Below are positions 18,086 to 27,628 of a DNA stretch of 64,000 bases, one piece after another (the first letter of the stretch is position 1; the number at the start of each line of letters is the position of its first letter). The notes under the pieces are model-generated. The model worked only from the letters and a program-made list of their open reading frames with translations. It did not search any database and had not been told where the DNA came from. The position numbers and the translations under genes are program-made. Origin of the DNA: Rhodospirillaceae bacterium (GTDB lineage Bacteria; Pseudomonadota; Alphaproteobacteria; GCA-2721365). The stretch lies in assembly GCA_002721365.1 (NCBI GenBank), contig PBKC01000092.1, positions 190 to 64,189 on the forward strand. Direction: 5' to 3'.

Positions 18086-19743
18086 ACGACACCGTCGACA
18101 CCACCGAACGCGCAGAAGCCCTCGTCAGCCGCAGCCGCTGGCCGGGTTGGATCTGGGCGGTGCCCATCGCCGCGCTCGGCATCGTCGCCTGGCTCGGCGT
18201 TCGCCACTTCATGCAGGAGGGGCCGACGATCACCATCACCTTCCGCGAGGCGGCCGGCGTCAAGAAGGAGGACACCGACATCCGTTATCGCGGCCTCTCG
18301 GTCGGTACCGTCGACAGCGTAAGCCTGAGCGACGACAACGAACGCGTCGTCGTTACGGCGACCATCAACGCGAATGCGGAGGAATTGCTGCGCGCGGACA
18401 CGCGGTTCTGGCTGGTCGGCGGCGACATAGGGCTCGACAACCTGTCGGCCCTCAAGACGGTGATCTCAGGGCCCTATATCAAGCTGCATCCGGGCAGTGG
18501 AGAACCGGCCCGCGAATTCGAAGGCGAGGATCAGCCGCCGCCGGTCGGCCCCGACACGGACGGGACACGGTTCACGCTGACGACGGACCGGCTGGCCTCG
18601 ATCGGCGTGGGGACGCCCGTCACCTATCACGGCATGCAGGTGGGACAGGTCGTCGCCACCGCCCTCGACGAACCCGGCAGCGGTTTCCGGGTCGACGTGT
18701 TCATCCGCGAGCCGCATGACCGTCTGGTCCGCACCGGCAGCCGCTTCTGGAACGCCGGCGGCCTCCGCCTGTCGATGGCCGGCGGCGGCTTCGAAGCCTC
18801 GGGCTCGCCCGCAGCGCTGGTCTCCGGCAGGATTGCCTTCGATACCCCCGACATGGAAACGCCGCCGAGCGAGGCGGACGACAGGTTCGCGCTCTATCGC
18901 AGCCGCGCCTGGGCTGACGCGGGTACGCTTCCCGGCTACCGCTACCGTATGGATTTCGAAGGTGCGGTCGGCGAACTCGAGGTCGGTGCTCCCATAACGT
19001 TCCGGGGCTTCACGGTCGGTCGGGTGGAGCGGGTTGCCCTCCGCTACGACCGCAGCCGCGACGCGCTCGAGACGCCCGTCACCGCGACCCTCGACCCTGC
19101 GCGACTGGATATCGACAACGAACCCGCGACCGAGGAGTCCCGCACCGCGCTCGACCGGGCGCTCGACGGGATGATCGCGGCCGGGCTGCGCGGCAAGCTT
19201 GAGCGTAACCCGCCTATGATCGGTGCGCCCGGCGTTTCGCTGGCGTTCGAACCGGCGCAGGAACCCGGCACGCTGGCGACGGCGGGCGAGTATCCGGCCA
19301 TCCCTACGGTCGACACCGGTGGCGGCCTCGCCGCCCTCAAGGGCTCGGCGCAGGCGGCGATCAACGACATCCGGGAGATGAACCTGCCTGGCATCGGCCA
19401 GGACGTCCGCGAGACCATCCAGAGCGCCAAGGACGTGATCTCCTCACCCAAGATCGACCGCAGCCTGACCAATCTCGACCGCGCCCTCGCCGACATCGAG
19501 GACGTGACGAGCACCGCCAACGGCAAGGTCGGCCCGGCGATCGAGAATTTGCGCCAAGCCGCCGCGTCGGCCCGCTCGGCGCTGGACGCGGCCGAGGGAC
19601 TGTTCGGCGGCACGGTCGGCGCCGCCAACCGCAGCTTCCCGGGCGCGCTGGAGGAGATCGCCGCAGCCGCCCGCTCGCTGCGGATACTGGCGGACTATCT
19701 CGAACGCCATCCCGAGGCCCTGCTGCAAGGGAGAGACCCATGA
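18082..19743 (+). CDS. pqiB: MCE-domain protein PqiB
   Basis: N-terminal TM then tandem MCE domains. The ATG at 18082 overlaps the pqiA stop (ATGA). The longer ORF 17554-19743 is an upstream extension in the same frame. Confidence 0.8.
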   Translation: MNDTVDTTERAEALVSRSRWPGWIWAVPIAALGIVAWLGVRHFMQEGPTITITFREAAGVKKEDTDIRYRGLSVGTVDSVSLSDDNERVVVTATINANAEELLRADTRFWLVGGDIGLDNLSALKTVISGPYIKLHPGSGEPAREFEGEDQPPPVGPDTDGTRFTLTTDRLASIGVGTPVTYHGMQVGQVVATALDEPGSGFRVDVFIREPHDRLVRTGSRFWNAGGLRLSMAGGGFEASGSPAALVSGRIAFDTPDMETPPSEADDRFALYRSRAWADAGTLPGYRYRMDFEGAVGELEVGAPITFRGFTVGRVERVALRYDRSRDALETPVTATLDPARLDIDNEPATEESRTALDRALDGMIAAGLRGKLERNPPMIGAPGVSLAFEPAQEPGTLATAGEYPAIPTVDTGGGLAALKGSAQAAINDIREMNLPGIGQDVRETIQSAKDVISSPKIDRSLTNLDRALADIEDVTSTANGKVGPAIENLRQAAASARSALDAAEGLFGGTVGAANRSFPGALEEIAAAARSLRILADYLERHPEALLQGRDP

Positions 19744-20318
19744 CGAGAGGCTGCGTCCTGCTGTCCTGCATGCTGCTCCTCCTGGCCGGATGTGCCGACA
19801 GCCCGGAGAGCCGGTTCTTCGTGCTGAGTCCCGTACCGCCCTCGCAACCCGCGGCGGCGGTCGACGGCGATCCCCTGGTGGTCGACGCCGTGGACATTCC
19901 CGAGAGTCTCGACCGACCGGAACTGGTGCGGCGGCTGAACGACTACCGGATGGACGTCAGCGACGTCGATCGCTGGGGCGCACCGCTGGGCCGGATGATC
20001 CGGGAGGTCTTCATCGAGGATCTCGCCGAGCGCCTGCCGCGCGGCATGGTCGTCGTCGACGGGCGGCCGGGCGACAGGGGCCCGGCGCGTGCGGTGGTGA
20101 TCAATATCCACGACTTCGCCGGCTGGCCCGGCGGAGAGGTCAAGCTCGACGTGTCATGGGCGGTCCTGGACGGGCTTCAGGGCGATCCCGTGGTTCGCCG
20201 CCGCCAGACGATCCAGGTACCGACCGGCGGCACCCAGTCGATCAACCAAGCCGACGGCATGAGCCGCGCCCTCGGCACCCTGGCCGATATCATCGTCTCG
20301 GCTCTGGCGCGCGCCTGA
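19740..20318 (+). CDS. pqiC: PqiC/YmbA-like lipoprotein (DUF330, ABC-type transport auxiliary component)
   Basis: Lipobox LLLLAGCAD. The start overlaps the pqiB stop. Size and position match pqiC. Confidence 0.7.
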   Translation: MTRGCVLLSCMLLLLAGCADSPESRFFVLSPVPPSQPAAAVDGDPLVVDAVDIPESLDRPELVRRLNDYRMDVSDVDRWGAPLGRMIREVFIEDLAERLPRGMVVVDGRPGDRGPARAVVINIHDFAGWPGGEVKLDVSWAVLDGLQGDPVVRRRQTIQVPTGGTQSINQADGMSRALGTLADIIVSALARA

Positions 20319-20425
20319 TGACCGTGAACCGGCATCATCATCCTGCCCACATCTAAGGTTTGGAGCGGTCTGATGGACAGGCTCTCCGTCCTGGGGAATA
20401 GTGCGTCCTCCCAGGGAGGACCGTT

Positions 20426-21511
20426 ATGAAGATCACCGATATCCGCACCCACCTGCTTTCCGTCCCCTTCGCCGACCCGCCGAAGACGGGCTTTCTGTCG
20501 CTGGGCGACATCGACCTTCTGGTGGTCGAGGTCGAAACCGCTTCGGGCGTGGTCGGAACCGGCCACCTCCACCCGCTGGCCGGCGGCCTCAGGACGCTCG
20601 AGATGTGCATCAACGAGATGTTGAAGCCTCTCCTGATGGGTGAGGACATCCGCGAGGTCGAGGCGCTGTGGCGGAAGATGTGGAAGGCGACCTTCATCCA
20701 GGGGCGGATGGGCATCACCGTCATGGCGATGTCCGCCCTCGACATCGCGCTCTGGGACGCCGTCGGCCGCGCCGCCGGCAAGCCGCTATGGCAGCTCTGG
20801 GACGGCCGCCCCGATCCGATCCCGACCTACGGTTCGGGATGTTTCCGCGGCCTCGGCCACGACGGCATGATCGAGAAGGCACAGCGCTTCGTCGCCCAGG
20901 GCTTCCCGGCGATCAAGATGCAGGTCGCCCACCTGTTCACCGCCGACGAGGACGTCGCCAACGTCCGCGACATGCGGGCGGCGCTGGGCGACGGGATCGA
21001 GATCATGGTCGACGTCAACCAGGGCTGGACGGCCGACGAGGCGATCGCGGTCGGCAGGCGGCTCGACGACTACCGTCTCGGCTGGCTGGAAGAGCCGGTC
21101 ATGGCCGACGACTTCGAGGGCTACGACCGCATCGCCAGCGTCCTCCGCACCCCCATCGCGACGGGCGAGAACCACTTCACCCACCACGACCTCAAGCCCT
21201 TCTTCGCCAGCGGCAAGATCCCGATTCTGCAGCCCGACATCATGCGCGGCGGCTATACCGAGCTCAGGGTCATCGCCGGCCACGCTCATCGCGCCGGGCT
21301 GAAGATCGCCCCGCACATGTTCCCGGAGCTCAGCAGCCACCTGAACGCCTCGATCGCCAACCCGTCCTGGCTCGAATACATGGGCTGGTACGATCACCTG
21401 TGGGTCGAGCCGCTGCTGCCGGTGAACGGCACCATGACCCCGCCCGACCGGCCGGGCCATGGCATGGATTTCAAGCCCGAGCTGTTCCGCGACCACCCCT
21501 ACCGGGACTGA
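20426..21511 (+). CDS. Enolase-superfamily enzyme (mandelate racemase/muconate lactonizing enzyme family)
   Basis: MR/MLE N- and C-terminal domain motifs (KMQVAH..., DVNQGWT, EEP, ATGENHFT). GGGAGGA RBS. Confidence 0.8.
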   Translation: MKITDIRTHLLSVPFADPPKTGFLSLGDIDLLVVEVETASGVVGTGHLHPLAGGLRTLEMCINEMLKPLLMGEDIREVEALWRKMWKATFIQGRMGITVMAMSALDIALWDAVGRAAGKPLWQLWDGRPDPIPTYGSGCFRGLGHDGMIEKAQRFVAQGFPAIKMQVAHLFTADEDVANVRDMRAALGDGIEIMVDVNQGWTADEAIAVGRRLDDYRLGWLEEPVMADDFEGYDRIASVLRTPIATGENHFTHHDLKPFFASGKIPILQPDIMRGGYTELRVIAGHAHRAGLKIAPHMFPELSSHLNASIANPSWLEYMGWYDHLWVEPLLPVNGTMTPPDRPGHGMDFKPELFRDHPYRD

Positions 21512-21559
21512 CCCGCCGCAAGGCGGGCGCCCCGATCGGCAGCGGAGACAGCGTCCGTC

Positions 21560-22306
21560 TCAGACGACCCGGCACTCGACCTTGGGAGCGCCGTCCAGCG
21601 TGACGGCGACGTGGTCACCGGGCTTCAGCGGGTGAAGGCCGAGCGGCGTTCCGGCGAGGACGAGGTCGCCTTCGCGGAGCGGTAGCCCCGCCGGCCCAAG
21701 ATTGTCCTTGAGCCAGGCGAGCGATTCCTCCGCCCCGCCCGGCAACGGCCAGAGATCGCCCGTCTCGATGCTCTCGCCATTCAGAGTCACGCCGAGAACC
21801 GTCCCGACCCTGGTCGATGTCCCCGGCCAGGGCGTCTCGTCTTCCGGCAGGACGACGCCGGTGTTGATCCCGTTGTTCGCCACCAGTTCGACCAACGTCT
21901 TCTGCGGTCGCCGGAAAACGAAGTTGTGGAGCTCGATGATCGGGAAGGCCGCCGCGATGCCGCCGTCGGGGCCGACGCGAAGGGCCATCTCGCCTTCGAT
22001 GGCGAGATTGGCGAAGTTGCGATGGTCGAGCTCGACTCCCGACGGCCGCAGCTCGCTCTCGAACAGATGGGCGCGGATCGGCCCCCGCATGCCGAACAAG
22101 GCGAAGATGCCGGGTCCCGTGCAGCCGACCTTGTAGCCGGCGACGCGCTCACCCTCGGCGACGCGCAAGCGCGCGACCGCCTCCTGCAACCCGTAGGCCT
22201 GATCGAGATCGAGGTCGACCCCCTCGCCGTCGAAGCAGGTCCCCGGCGTGAGGTTGCGGAAATCGCCGAGTTGCCGGCGGGCGAGATCGTCCAGGGAAAT
22301 GGCCAT
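21560..22306 (-). CDS. FAH-family hydratase (2-keto-4-pentenoate hydratase / HpaH-MhpD-like)
   Basis: FAH-fold C-terminal motifs (GDLVLAGTPLG, KPGD) and the overall length fit MhpD/HpcG-type hydratases. Confidence 0.6.
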   Translation of the reverse strand: MAISLDDLARRQLGDFRNLTPGTCFDGEGVDLDLDQAYGLQEAVARLRVAEGERVAGYKVGCTGPGIFALFGMRGPIRAHLFESELRPSGVELDHRNFANLAIEGEMALRVGPDGGIAAAFPIIELHNFVFRRPQKTLVELVANNGINTGVVLPEDETPWPGTSTRVGTVLGVTLNGESIETGDLWPLPGGAEESLAWLKDNLGPAGLPLREGDLVLAGTPLGLHPLKPGDHVAVTLDGAPKVECRVV

Positions 22307-22345
22307 GTCACCTTCGTGTCTTGGGAGGAACAGAAACGGTCGAAA

Positions 22346-22963
22346 TCAGTTGAGCCGTGCATCGGTGGCGTACGCCCGGTCCGGATCGAGCATCGCCAGC
22401 ACCGGCCTGACCGAGCCTTCGAGCAGGGCTCGTTCGGGCCGCGAACGGGCAAGGACACGGATGCCCAGCAGCACGCTCAGGAGAAGCCGGGCGAGATCGT
22501 CCGGCGGCTGTGACAGGGTGATCGAGCCGTCCTTCTGTCCGGCCTCGACTGAGCGGCGGAAGAACCCCTCCATCCGCTTCAGCACGTCGGCGATCACTCG
22601 ACGGAACTCTTCGTCATGCGGAGCGACTTCGAGCGCGGAGTTGATCAGCAGACACCCCTTCCGCTGAACGTCGGTCATCGACCGCTCGATGATCTCCTCA
22701 AAGAAGGCGGCGATGGCGTCGAGCGGCGGCAGGCTTCCCTCCAGGCGGGTGATACGGTCGCCGATGCTCTGCGCGACGTAATGGTCGAGCACCCGCCGGT
22801 AGAGCGAGCGCTTGTCCCCGAACGCGTTATAGAGGCTGGCCCCGGTAATGCCCATCCGCTCGGCCAGGTCGCGCACCGAGGTCGCCTCGTAGCCACGCGC
22901 CCAGAAGCATTGCATGGCGGCGTCGAGGACGGCGGTCTCATCGAAGGCACGGGGTCGGGCCAT
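22346..22963 (-). CDS. TetR-family transcriptional regulator
   Basis: N-terminal TetR HTH (RGYEATSVRDLAERMGITGASLYNAFGDKRSLY). The start could instead be the upstream ATG at 22993. Confidence 0.8.
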   Translation of the reverse strand: MARPRAFDETAVLDAAMQCFWARGYEATSVRDLAERMGITGASLYNAFGDKRSLYRRVLDHYVAQSIGDRITRLEGSLPPLDAIAAFFEEIIERSMTDVQRKGCLLINSALEVAPHDEEFRRVIADVLKRMEGFFRRSVEAGQKDGSITLSQPPDDLARLLLSVLLGIRVLARSRPERALLEGSVRPVLAMLDPDRAYATDARLN

Positions 22964-23014
22964 GGTCGTTTCCTCCTCCGGCGAAACCGGCATGTTGCCA
23001 TCCGCTCTTTCATG

Positions 23015-23040
23015 GCGCATTTTAAAACGATCGATCTAAA
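23015..23040 (+). promoter_or_regulatory. Candidate operator motif, copy 1, upstream of the TetR gene
   Basis: CGCATTTTAAAACGATCGATCTAAAA is about 24/27 identical to copy 2 at 25303-25330. Confidence 0.4.
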
Positions 23041-23091
23041 ATACAAGGTGCGCCCTTTGCCGCCGCCCATCCAGCACCCGACAACCGGATC

Positions 23092-24033
23092 ATGAACATC
23101 GGCTCGCCCGAGGCCATAGTGGCAGACGACACTGCACTCTCCCGACGCGGCAGCTCGGTCCGGATCCAGGGCTTCGCCTGCGCGGCGCTCGCCGTGATGA
23201 TCTTCGCCGGATGGTTCGTGGTGACGCGCTTCAGCATGACCCACACCATGGGCGTCTGGGACATCATGGCGCTCCGCTTCGCCATAGGTACCGTTCTCCT
23301 GCTTCCCGTTCTGGTTCTGGGGAAACGCCTGTCACGTAAGCACTGGCTTGAAGGCCTGCTGCTGGCAGCGCTGTGGGGCGCGCCGTTCGTGCTCGCGGTC
23401 TCGATCGGGGTCGGCCTGACCTCGGCCGCCGAAGCCGCCTCGCTGACTCCGCCCCTGATGCCGATCTTTGCGGGATTCCTCGGCTGGGCGCTCCTGAAGG
23501 ACCGGCCGAGCCGCACCCGTTTGTTGGGCTATGCCACGATCATCGTCGGCCTGCTCGGGGTCGTCGGTGGCGGGATGCTGGCCAGCGGCCTCCCTGATCC
23601 GGTGGGCATCAGCGCGCTCGTCCTCGCCGCCGCCCTTTGGGCGGTCTACACCCTGCGCTTCCGCCGCAGCGGGCTGACGCCGATCCAGGCGGCAGCCCTC
23701 ACCTGCTTCTGGTCGGCCGTAGTGGTTCTGCCGCTCTACCTGCTGCTCGGCGTCCCGAAGCTCGCCGAGACGCCTATGTCCGAGGTGCTGATCCAGGCGG
23801 GCTACCAGGGCGCGCTGATGAGCGTCGTCGCGCCATCCATGTTCAACCGTGCCGTTGGCCTTCTGGGTCCCGCCGCTGCGGCGGCCGTCATCGCCCTGCT
23901 GCCGACCGTCGCCACCCTGCTCGCCTTCCTTTTTCTCGGCGAGGTCCCCGGACCGATCGACGGCGCCGCTGCGGCCGTGATCGCCGCCGGCGTGTTCCTC
24001 GCCGCTCGTCCCGGCACGCCCGAACGGGCGTGA
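23092..24033 (+). CDS. EamA/DMT-superfamily transporter
   Basis: About 10 TM helices in two EamA-like halves. Confidence 0.75.
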   Translation: MNIGSPEAIVADDTALSRRGSSVRIQGFACAALAVMIFAGWFVVTRFSMTHTMGVWDIMALRFAIGTVLLLPVLVLGKRLSRKHWLEGLLLAALWGAPFVLAVSIGVGLTSAAEAASLTPPLMPIFAGFLGWALLKDRPSRTRLLGYATIIVGLLGVVGGGMLASGLPDPVGISALVLAAALWAVYTLRFRRSGLTPIQAAALTCFWSAVVVLPLYLLLGVPKLAETPMSEVLIQAGYQGALMSVVAPSMFNRAVGLLGPAAAAAVIALLPTVATLLAFLFLGEVPGPIDGAAAAVIAAGVFLAARPGTPERA

Positions 24034-24055
24034 CACCCAACCTTTGGAGGTCCCT

Positions 24056-24763
24056 TTGATCCGCTTCTACTTCCACCCCACGCCCAACCCGGCCAAGATC
24101 GCCCTGTTCCTCGAAGAGACCGGCCTCGCCTACGAGGTCGTTCCGGTCGACACCAGCAAGGGCGAGCAGCATCTCCCCGCCTTCCGGGCGGTGAACCCCA
24201 ACGGCAAGCTGCCGGCCATCGTCGACAGCGACGGCCCCGGCGGGAAGGAGGTACGGGTCTTCGATTCGACCGCGATCCTGCTCTATCTCGGCGACAAGAC
24301 GGGGAAGTTCATGGGCAAGGTCGCCGACCGCCCGGAGCTTCTGTCATGGCTGCAATTCATCGCCACCGGGCTCGGCCCCTTCTCCGGTCAGGCGGTCCAT
24401 TTCCAGCACGCGGCGCCCGAGAAGCTGCCCTACGCGATCAACCGCTACCGGCGCGAGGTCGAGCGTCACTACAAGGTGCTCGACGACCACATGGCCGGCC
24501 GCGAATGGATCGCCGGCGACGCCTATTCGATCGTCGACATGTCCGCCTGGGGCTGGCTGGACCGTGCGCCGCGCGTCCTGCCGGGCGATGAAGACCCGCT
24601 GGCGGCGTTCCCGAACCTGAAGCGGCTGTTCACGGCCGTCGACGCGCGCGCGGCGGCGGCCCGCGCCCGCGCGGTCGGCAAGGACCACGCCTTCAAGAAG
24701 GAGATGGACGACGACGCGCGACGCGCGCTGTTCCCGTCGAACTATCCGCCGGCGGCGGCCTGA
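24056..24763 (+). CDS. Glutathione S-transferase
   Basis: GST N-terminal thioredoxin-like motif (IRFYFHPTPNPAKIALFLEETGLAYEVVPVD...GKLPAIVD) and C-terminal domain. Probable TTG start at 24056, 7 nt after a GGAGG RBS. Confidence 0.8.
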   Translation: MIRFYFHPTPNPAKIALFLEETGLAYEVVPVDTSKGEQHLPAFRAVNPNGKLPAIVDSDGPGGKEVRVFDSTAILLYLGDKTGKFMGKVADRPELLSWLQFIATGLGPFSGQAVHFQHAAPEKLPYAINRYRREVERHYKVLDDHMAGREWIAGDAYSIVDMSAWGWLDRAPRVLPGDEDPLAAFPNLKRLFTAVDARAAAARARAVGKDHAFKKEMDDDARRALFPSNYPPAAA

Positions 24764-24819
24764 CCGACCGGCAAGCGATCGCCTCGCTCAACGGCGAGGC
24801 GATCGCGGACGGCCGGCGA

Positions 24820-25257
24820 TCAGACGCCGAAGCCGCCGGGCGCGAAAGGCGGCGTGTCGCCGGGGCAGCGGTGGATGACGGCGTATTCGACGCAGGCGCT
24901 CTTGCGGGCGAAGTTCTCCTTCGCCCCGGGGGCCTTGTAGAGGTCCAGGAACTGCCGATGGCCCGGATACCAGCAGGCGATCAGCTCATGGACCTCCTGC
25001 TCGCCCACCGCCTGGCCGAAGACGGGGAAACGCCACAGCAGCTTGGCCCCCGCCCCTTCGAGAAACGGCCCCAGCCCGGTGATGTAGTCCAGATAGGCAC
25101 CCTTGTCGGGATAGCCCGAATCCGCGGCATACCGGTTCATGTTCAGCATCAGGACCGGCTTGTCCTGTCCGCTTTCGGCGATCTCCCTGACGATCGTGAA
25201 GTCGCCCTCGTTCCGCTGAAGGTGCGGCGGCTCCAGCGTCGTATGCACCAATGCCAT
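24820..25257 (-). CDS. DUF1330-family protein
   Basis: Size and sequence character of DUF1330 (dimeric alpha/beta barrel-like). Confidence 0.45.
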   Translation of the reverse strand: MALVHTTLEPPHLQRNEGDFTIVREIAESGQDKPVLMLNMNRYAADSGYPDKGAYLDYITGLGPFLEGAGAKLLWRFPVFGQAVGEQEVHELIACWYPGHRQFLDLYKAPGAKENFARKSACVEYAVIHRCPGDTPPFAPGGFGV

Positions 25258-25302
25258 CTCAGTCGTTCCTTCCTGCCTTGATCCGGTTTAGAGAGTTTGG
25301 AT

Positions 25303-25330
25303 CGCATTTTATAACAATCGATCTAATTCC
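25303..25330 (+). promoter_or_regulatory. Candidate operator motif, copy 2, upstream of the DUF1330 gene
   Basis: CGCATTTTATAACAATCGATCTAATT. It shares CGCATTTTA...AAC.ATCGATCTAA with copy 1. Confidence 0.4.
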
Positions 25331-25353
25331 CGGCAATCGTCCTCGCGGGCTGG

Positions 25354-26676
25354 CTATCGCGGTAGCGTAACCGTCGCCGACAGCCCGCCCTCCGGCCGGT
25401 TCGCCAGCGTCAGCTCGCCGCCATGGCCGCGAAACACCGAGCGTGCGATGGCGAGGCCGAGACCCGCCCCGCCGCGTCCGGTGCCGCGCGCGCGGTCGAC
25501 GCGGTAGAAGGGTGTGAAGACGTTTTCGAGCTCGTCCTCAGGGATACCCGGCCCTCGATCGGCGATTTCGACGACGACCGTTTCCCCATCACACCACGTC
25601 GTCACCACCGCGCCGCCGGCGTAGCGCACCGCGTTCCCGATCAGATTGCCGAAACCGCGCCGAAGCGCCACCGGCCGCCCCATGAACGCACCTCCATCAC
25701 CGCCTTCGAAGGTAACCGCGCCACCCAGATCGGCGGCGTCGTTGCATAGGCTTTCGACCAGGGCGTCGATGTCGATGCGCTGCGGCTTCTCCTGGGCAGC
25801 GACGTCGCGTGCGAAGGCGAGGGCGCTGTCGGTCATGTGCTCCATCTCTTCCAGCGTCGCCAGCATGCGGCCCCGCTCCTCCTCGTCCTCGACGAATTCG
25901 GCGCGGATGCGAAGCCGGGTGATCGGCGTCCGAAGGTCGTGGGACACGGCGGCCAGCATCTGCGTGCGGTCCTCGATCGAGCGCCTGAGGCGGGTATGCA
26001 TGTCGTTGAAGGCCGAGGCCGCGCGGCGGATTTCCCTGGGTCCGGTCTCGTCGATCGGCGGACTGGCGATATCCTTCCCCAGCCGCTCGGCGGCGGCGGC
26101 GAACAGGGTGAGGGGTCGCGTCAGCCACCACGCCGCCCAGACGCTGAGGGCGACGATCCCGGCGGCCATGATCGCAAGCTCGATGGCGATCCGGTCTATG
26201 AGGCCGGGATCCACGCCGCTCAACGGCGCGACGAAGGCGAGCGCCGGCCCCTGCGCCGGGGTGACAGTCACCGCCACCCGGTCCTTCGGCCACTTCGCGC
26301 CGCCTTCGCCGATCGAGACCTCGCCGTCTTCGATCGTCCGCGCGACGACGGACGCCCCGTCGAGGCGGGCCCGCAGCGCCCGCTCGATCAGCCGCGCGCG
26401 CCAGTCGTGACCGCCCGTCACCAGCTGGTCACCGCCTCCCCCGACGACGAGGTCCGGGCCGAGCGGATGCCACCCACCCGCCTCCACCGGCAGGGCGTCG
26501 GCCACCGCCATCGCCCCGGCGACCCGCTCCACCGCCTGCGCGCCGCCGAACAGCGGCAGGGCATGGGTCGGATTGGCGTAGTGCACCGCCATGCTGGCGA
26601 TATGCGTGACCAGCAGGCCGGTCACCAGCAGCAGCACCGCGCGGCCGGACAGGCTGTCGGGCAACAGGCGGCGCAT
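25354..26676 (-). CDS. Sensor histidine kinase (EnvZ-like; TM-periplasmic-TM-HAMP-HisKA-HATPase)
   Basis: H-box AAVSHDLRTPITRL plus N/G1/G2 boxes (GNLIGNAVRYA, DRGPGI, GGAGLGLAI). Starts 5 nt after the RR stop. Confidence 0.8.
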   Translation of the reverse strand: MRRLLPDSLSGRAVLLLVTGLLVTHIASMAVHYANPTHALPLFGGAQAVERVAGAMAVADALPVEAGGWHPLGPDLVVGGGGDQLVTGGHDWRARLIERALRARLDGASVVARTIEDGEVSIGEGGAKWPKDRVAVTVTPAQGPALAFVAPLSGVDPGLIDRIAIELAIMAAGIVALSVWAAWWLTRPLTLFAAAAERLGKDIASPPIDETGPREIRRAASAFNDMHTRLRRSIEDRTQMLAAVSHDLRTPITRLRIRAEFVEDEEERGRMLATLEEMEHMTDSALAFARDVAAQEKPQRIDIDALVESLCNDAADLGGAVTFEGGDGGAFMGRPVALRRGFGNLIGNAVRYAGGAVVTTWCDGETVVVEIADRGPGIPEDELENVFTPFYRVDRARGTGRGGAGLGLAIARSVFRGHGGELTLANRPEGGLSATVTLPR

Positions 26677-26681
26677 GACCG

Positions 26682-27401
26682 TCAGGCCGCCTCCACCGGC
26701 GCCGCCAGCATGTAGCCGCCGCCACGGACGGTCTTGATCAGCCTGGGGTCGCGCGGATCGTCTTCGAGACGGCGGCGAAGCCGGCCGATCTGGACGTCGA
26801 CGCTGCGGTCGAACGGCGCCGCGACCCGGCCGCGGGTGAGGTCCAGGAGCTCGTCCCGACTCAGCACTTGGCGGGGATGCTCGACGAGAGCGGCAAGAAG
26901 ATCGAATTCCCCGGCGCTCAGCGGCACGTTGACGCCGGCCGGCGAGACGAGGTCGCGGGCGGCGAGATCGATTTCCCACCCGGCGAAACGCAGGCGGTTG
27001 CGCTGGACCGGCAGCGAGTCCGGAGAACGCCCTGCGCGCCGCAGGACGGTCCTGATCCGGGCCAGAAGCTCGCGCGGATTGAAGGGCTTCGGCAGGTAGT
27101 CGTCGGCGCCGATCTCCAGGCCGACGATCCGGTCGGTATCGTCGCCTCGTGCCGTGAGCATGACGATGGGGACCGACGACCGCACCCGAATGGCCCGCGT
27201 GAGATCGAGTCCGTCGCGGCCGGGCAGCATCAGGTCGAGGACAATCAGGTCGACCGGCGGGTCTTGGGCGAGCCGCGCCTCCATCTCGTCGCCGTCGCCG
27301 GCCACACTCACCGTGTAGCCGTTGCGGCCGAGATAGCGCGCCAGCAGCTCGCGGGTCTCGCCATCGTCGTCGACGATCAGAACATGATGGCTTTCCGCCA
27401 T
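26682..27401 (-). CDS. OmpR-family response regulator (REC + winged helix)
   Basis: Near-identical to the OmpR segment IVGLEIGADDYLPKPFNPRELLARIRTVLRR. REC with VDLIVLDLMLPG. Divergent from copA across an AT-rich intergenic region. Confidence 0.85.
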   Translation of the reverse strand: MAESHHVLIVDDDGETRELLARYLGRNGYTVSVAGDGDEMEARLAQDPPVDLIVLDLMLPGRDGLDLTRAIRVRSSVPIVMLTARGDDTDRIVGLEIGADDYLPKPFNPRELLARIRTVLRRAGRSPDSLPVQRNRLRFAGWEIDLAARDLVSPAGVNVPLSAGEFDLLAALVEHPRQVLSRDELLDLTRGRVAAPFDRSVDVQIGRLRRRLEDDPRDPRLIKTVRGGGYMLAAPVEAA

Positions 27402-27497
27402 TATCGCCGCCGCATCATTTTAGAACGGTTCACTTTCTCATAAGAATAATCATTCATCTCCAAGACAATACAAAGCCGAAACCAGACAAATAAAGAA

Positions 27498-27523
27498 GTT
27501 ACAATCTGTTACATAAGGTTACA
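27498..27523 (+). promoter_or_regulatory. Three direct GTTACA repeats at exact 10-bp phasing in the ompR-like / copA divergent intergenic region
   Basis: GTTACA at 27498-27503, 27508-27513 and 27518-27523. OmpR-family regulators bind phased direct repeats. The region is AT-rich. Confidence 0.5.
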
Positions 27524-27628
27524 TTTATTTTCTTGTTTCCATTGACCACATTCCCGACTGTCTGCCGGGGTGCCGAGCCGGCGCACGCTTGCGCGCGCCC
27601 CATGGTACAGGCCGATGGAGAGCATGAC

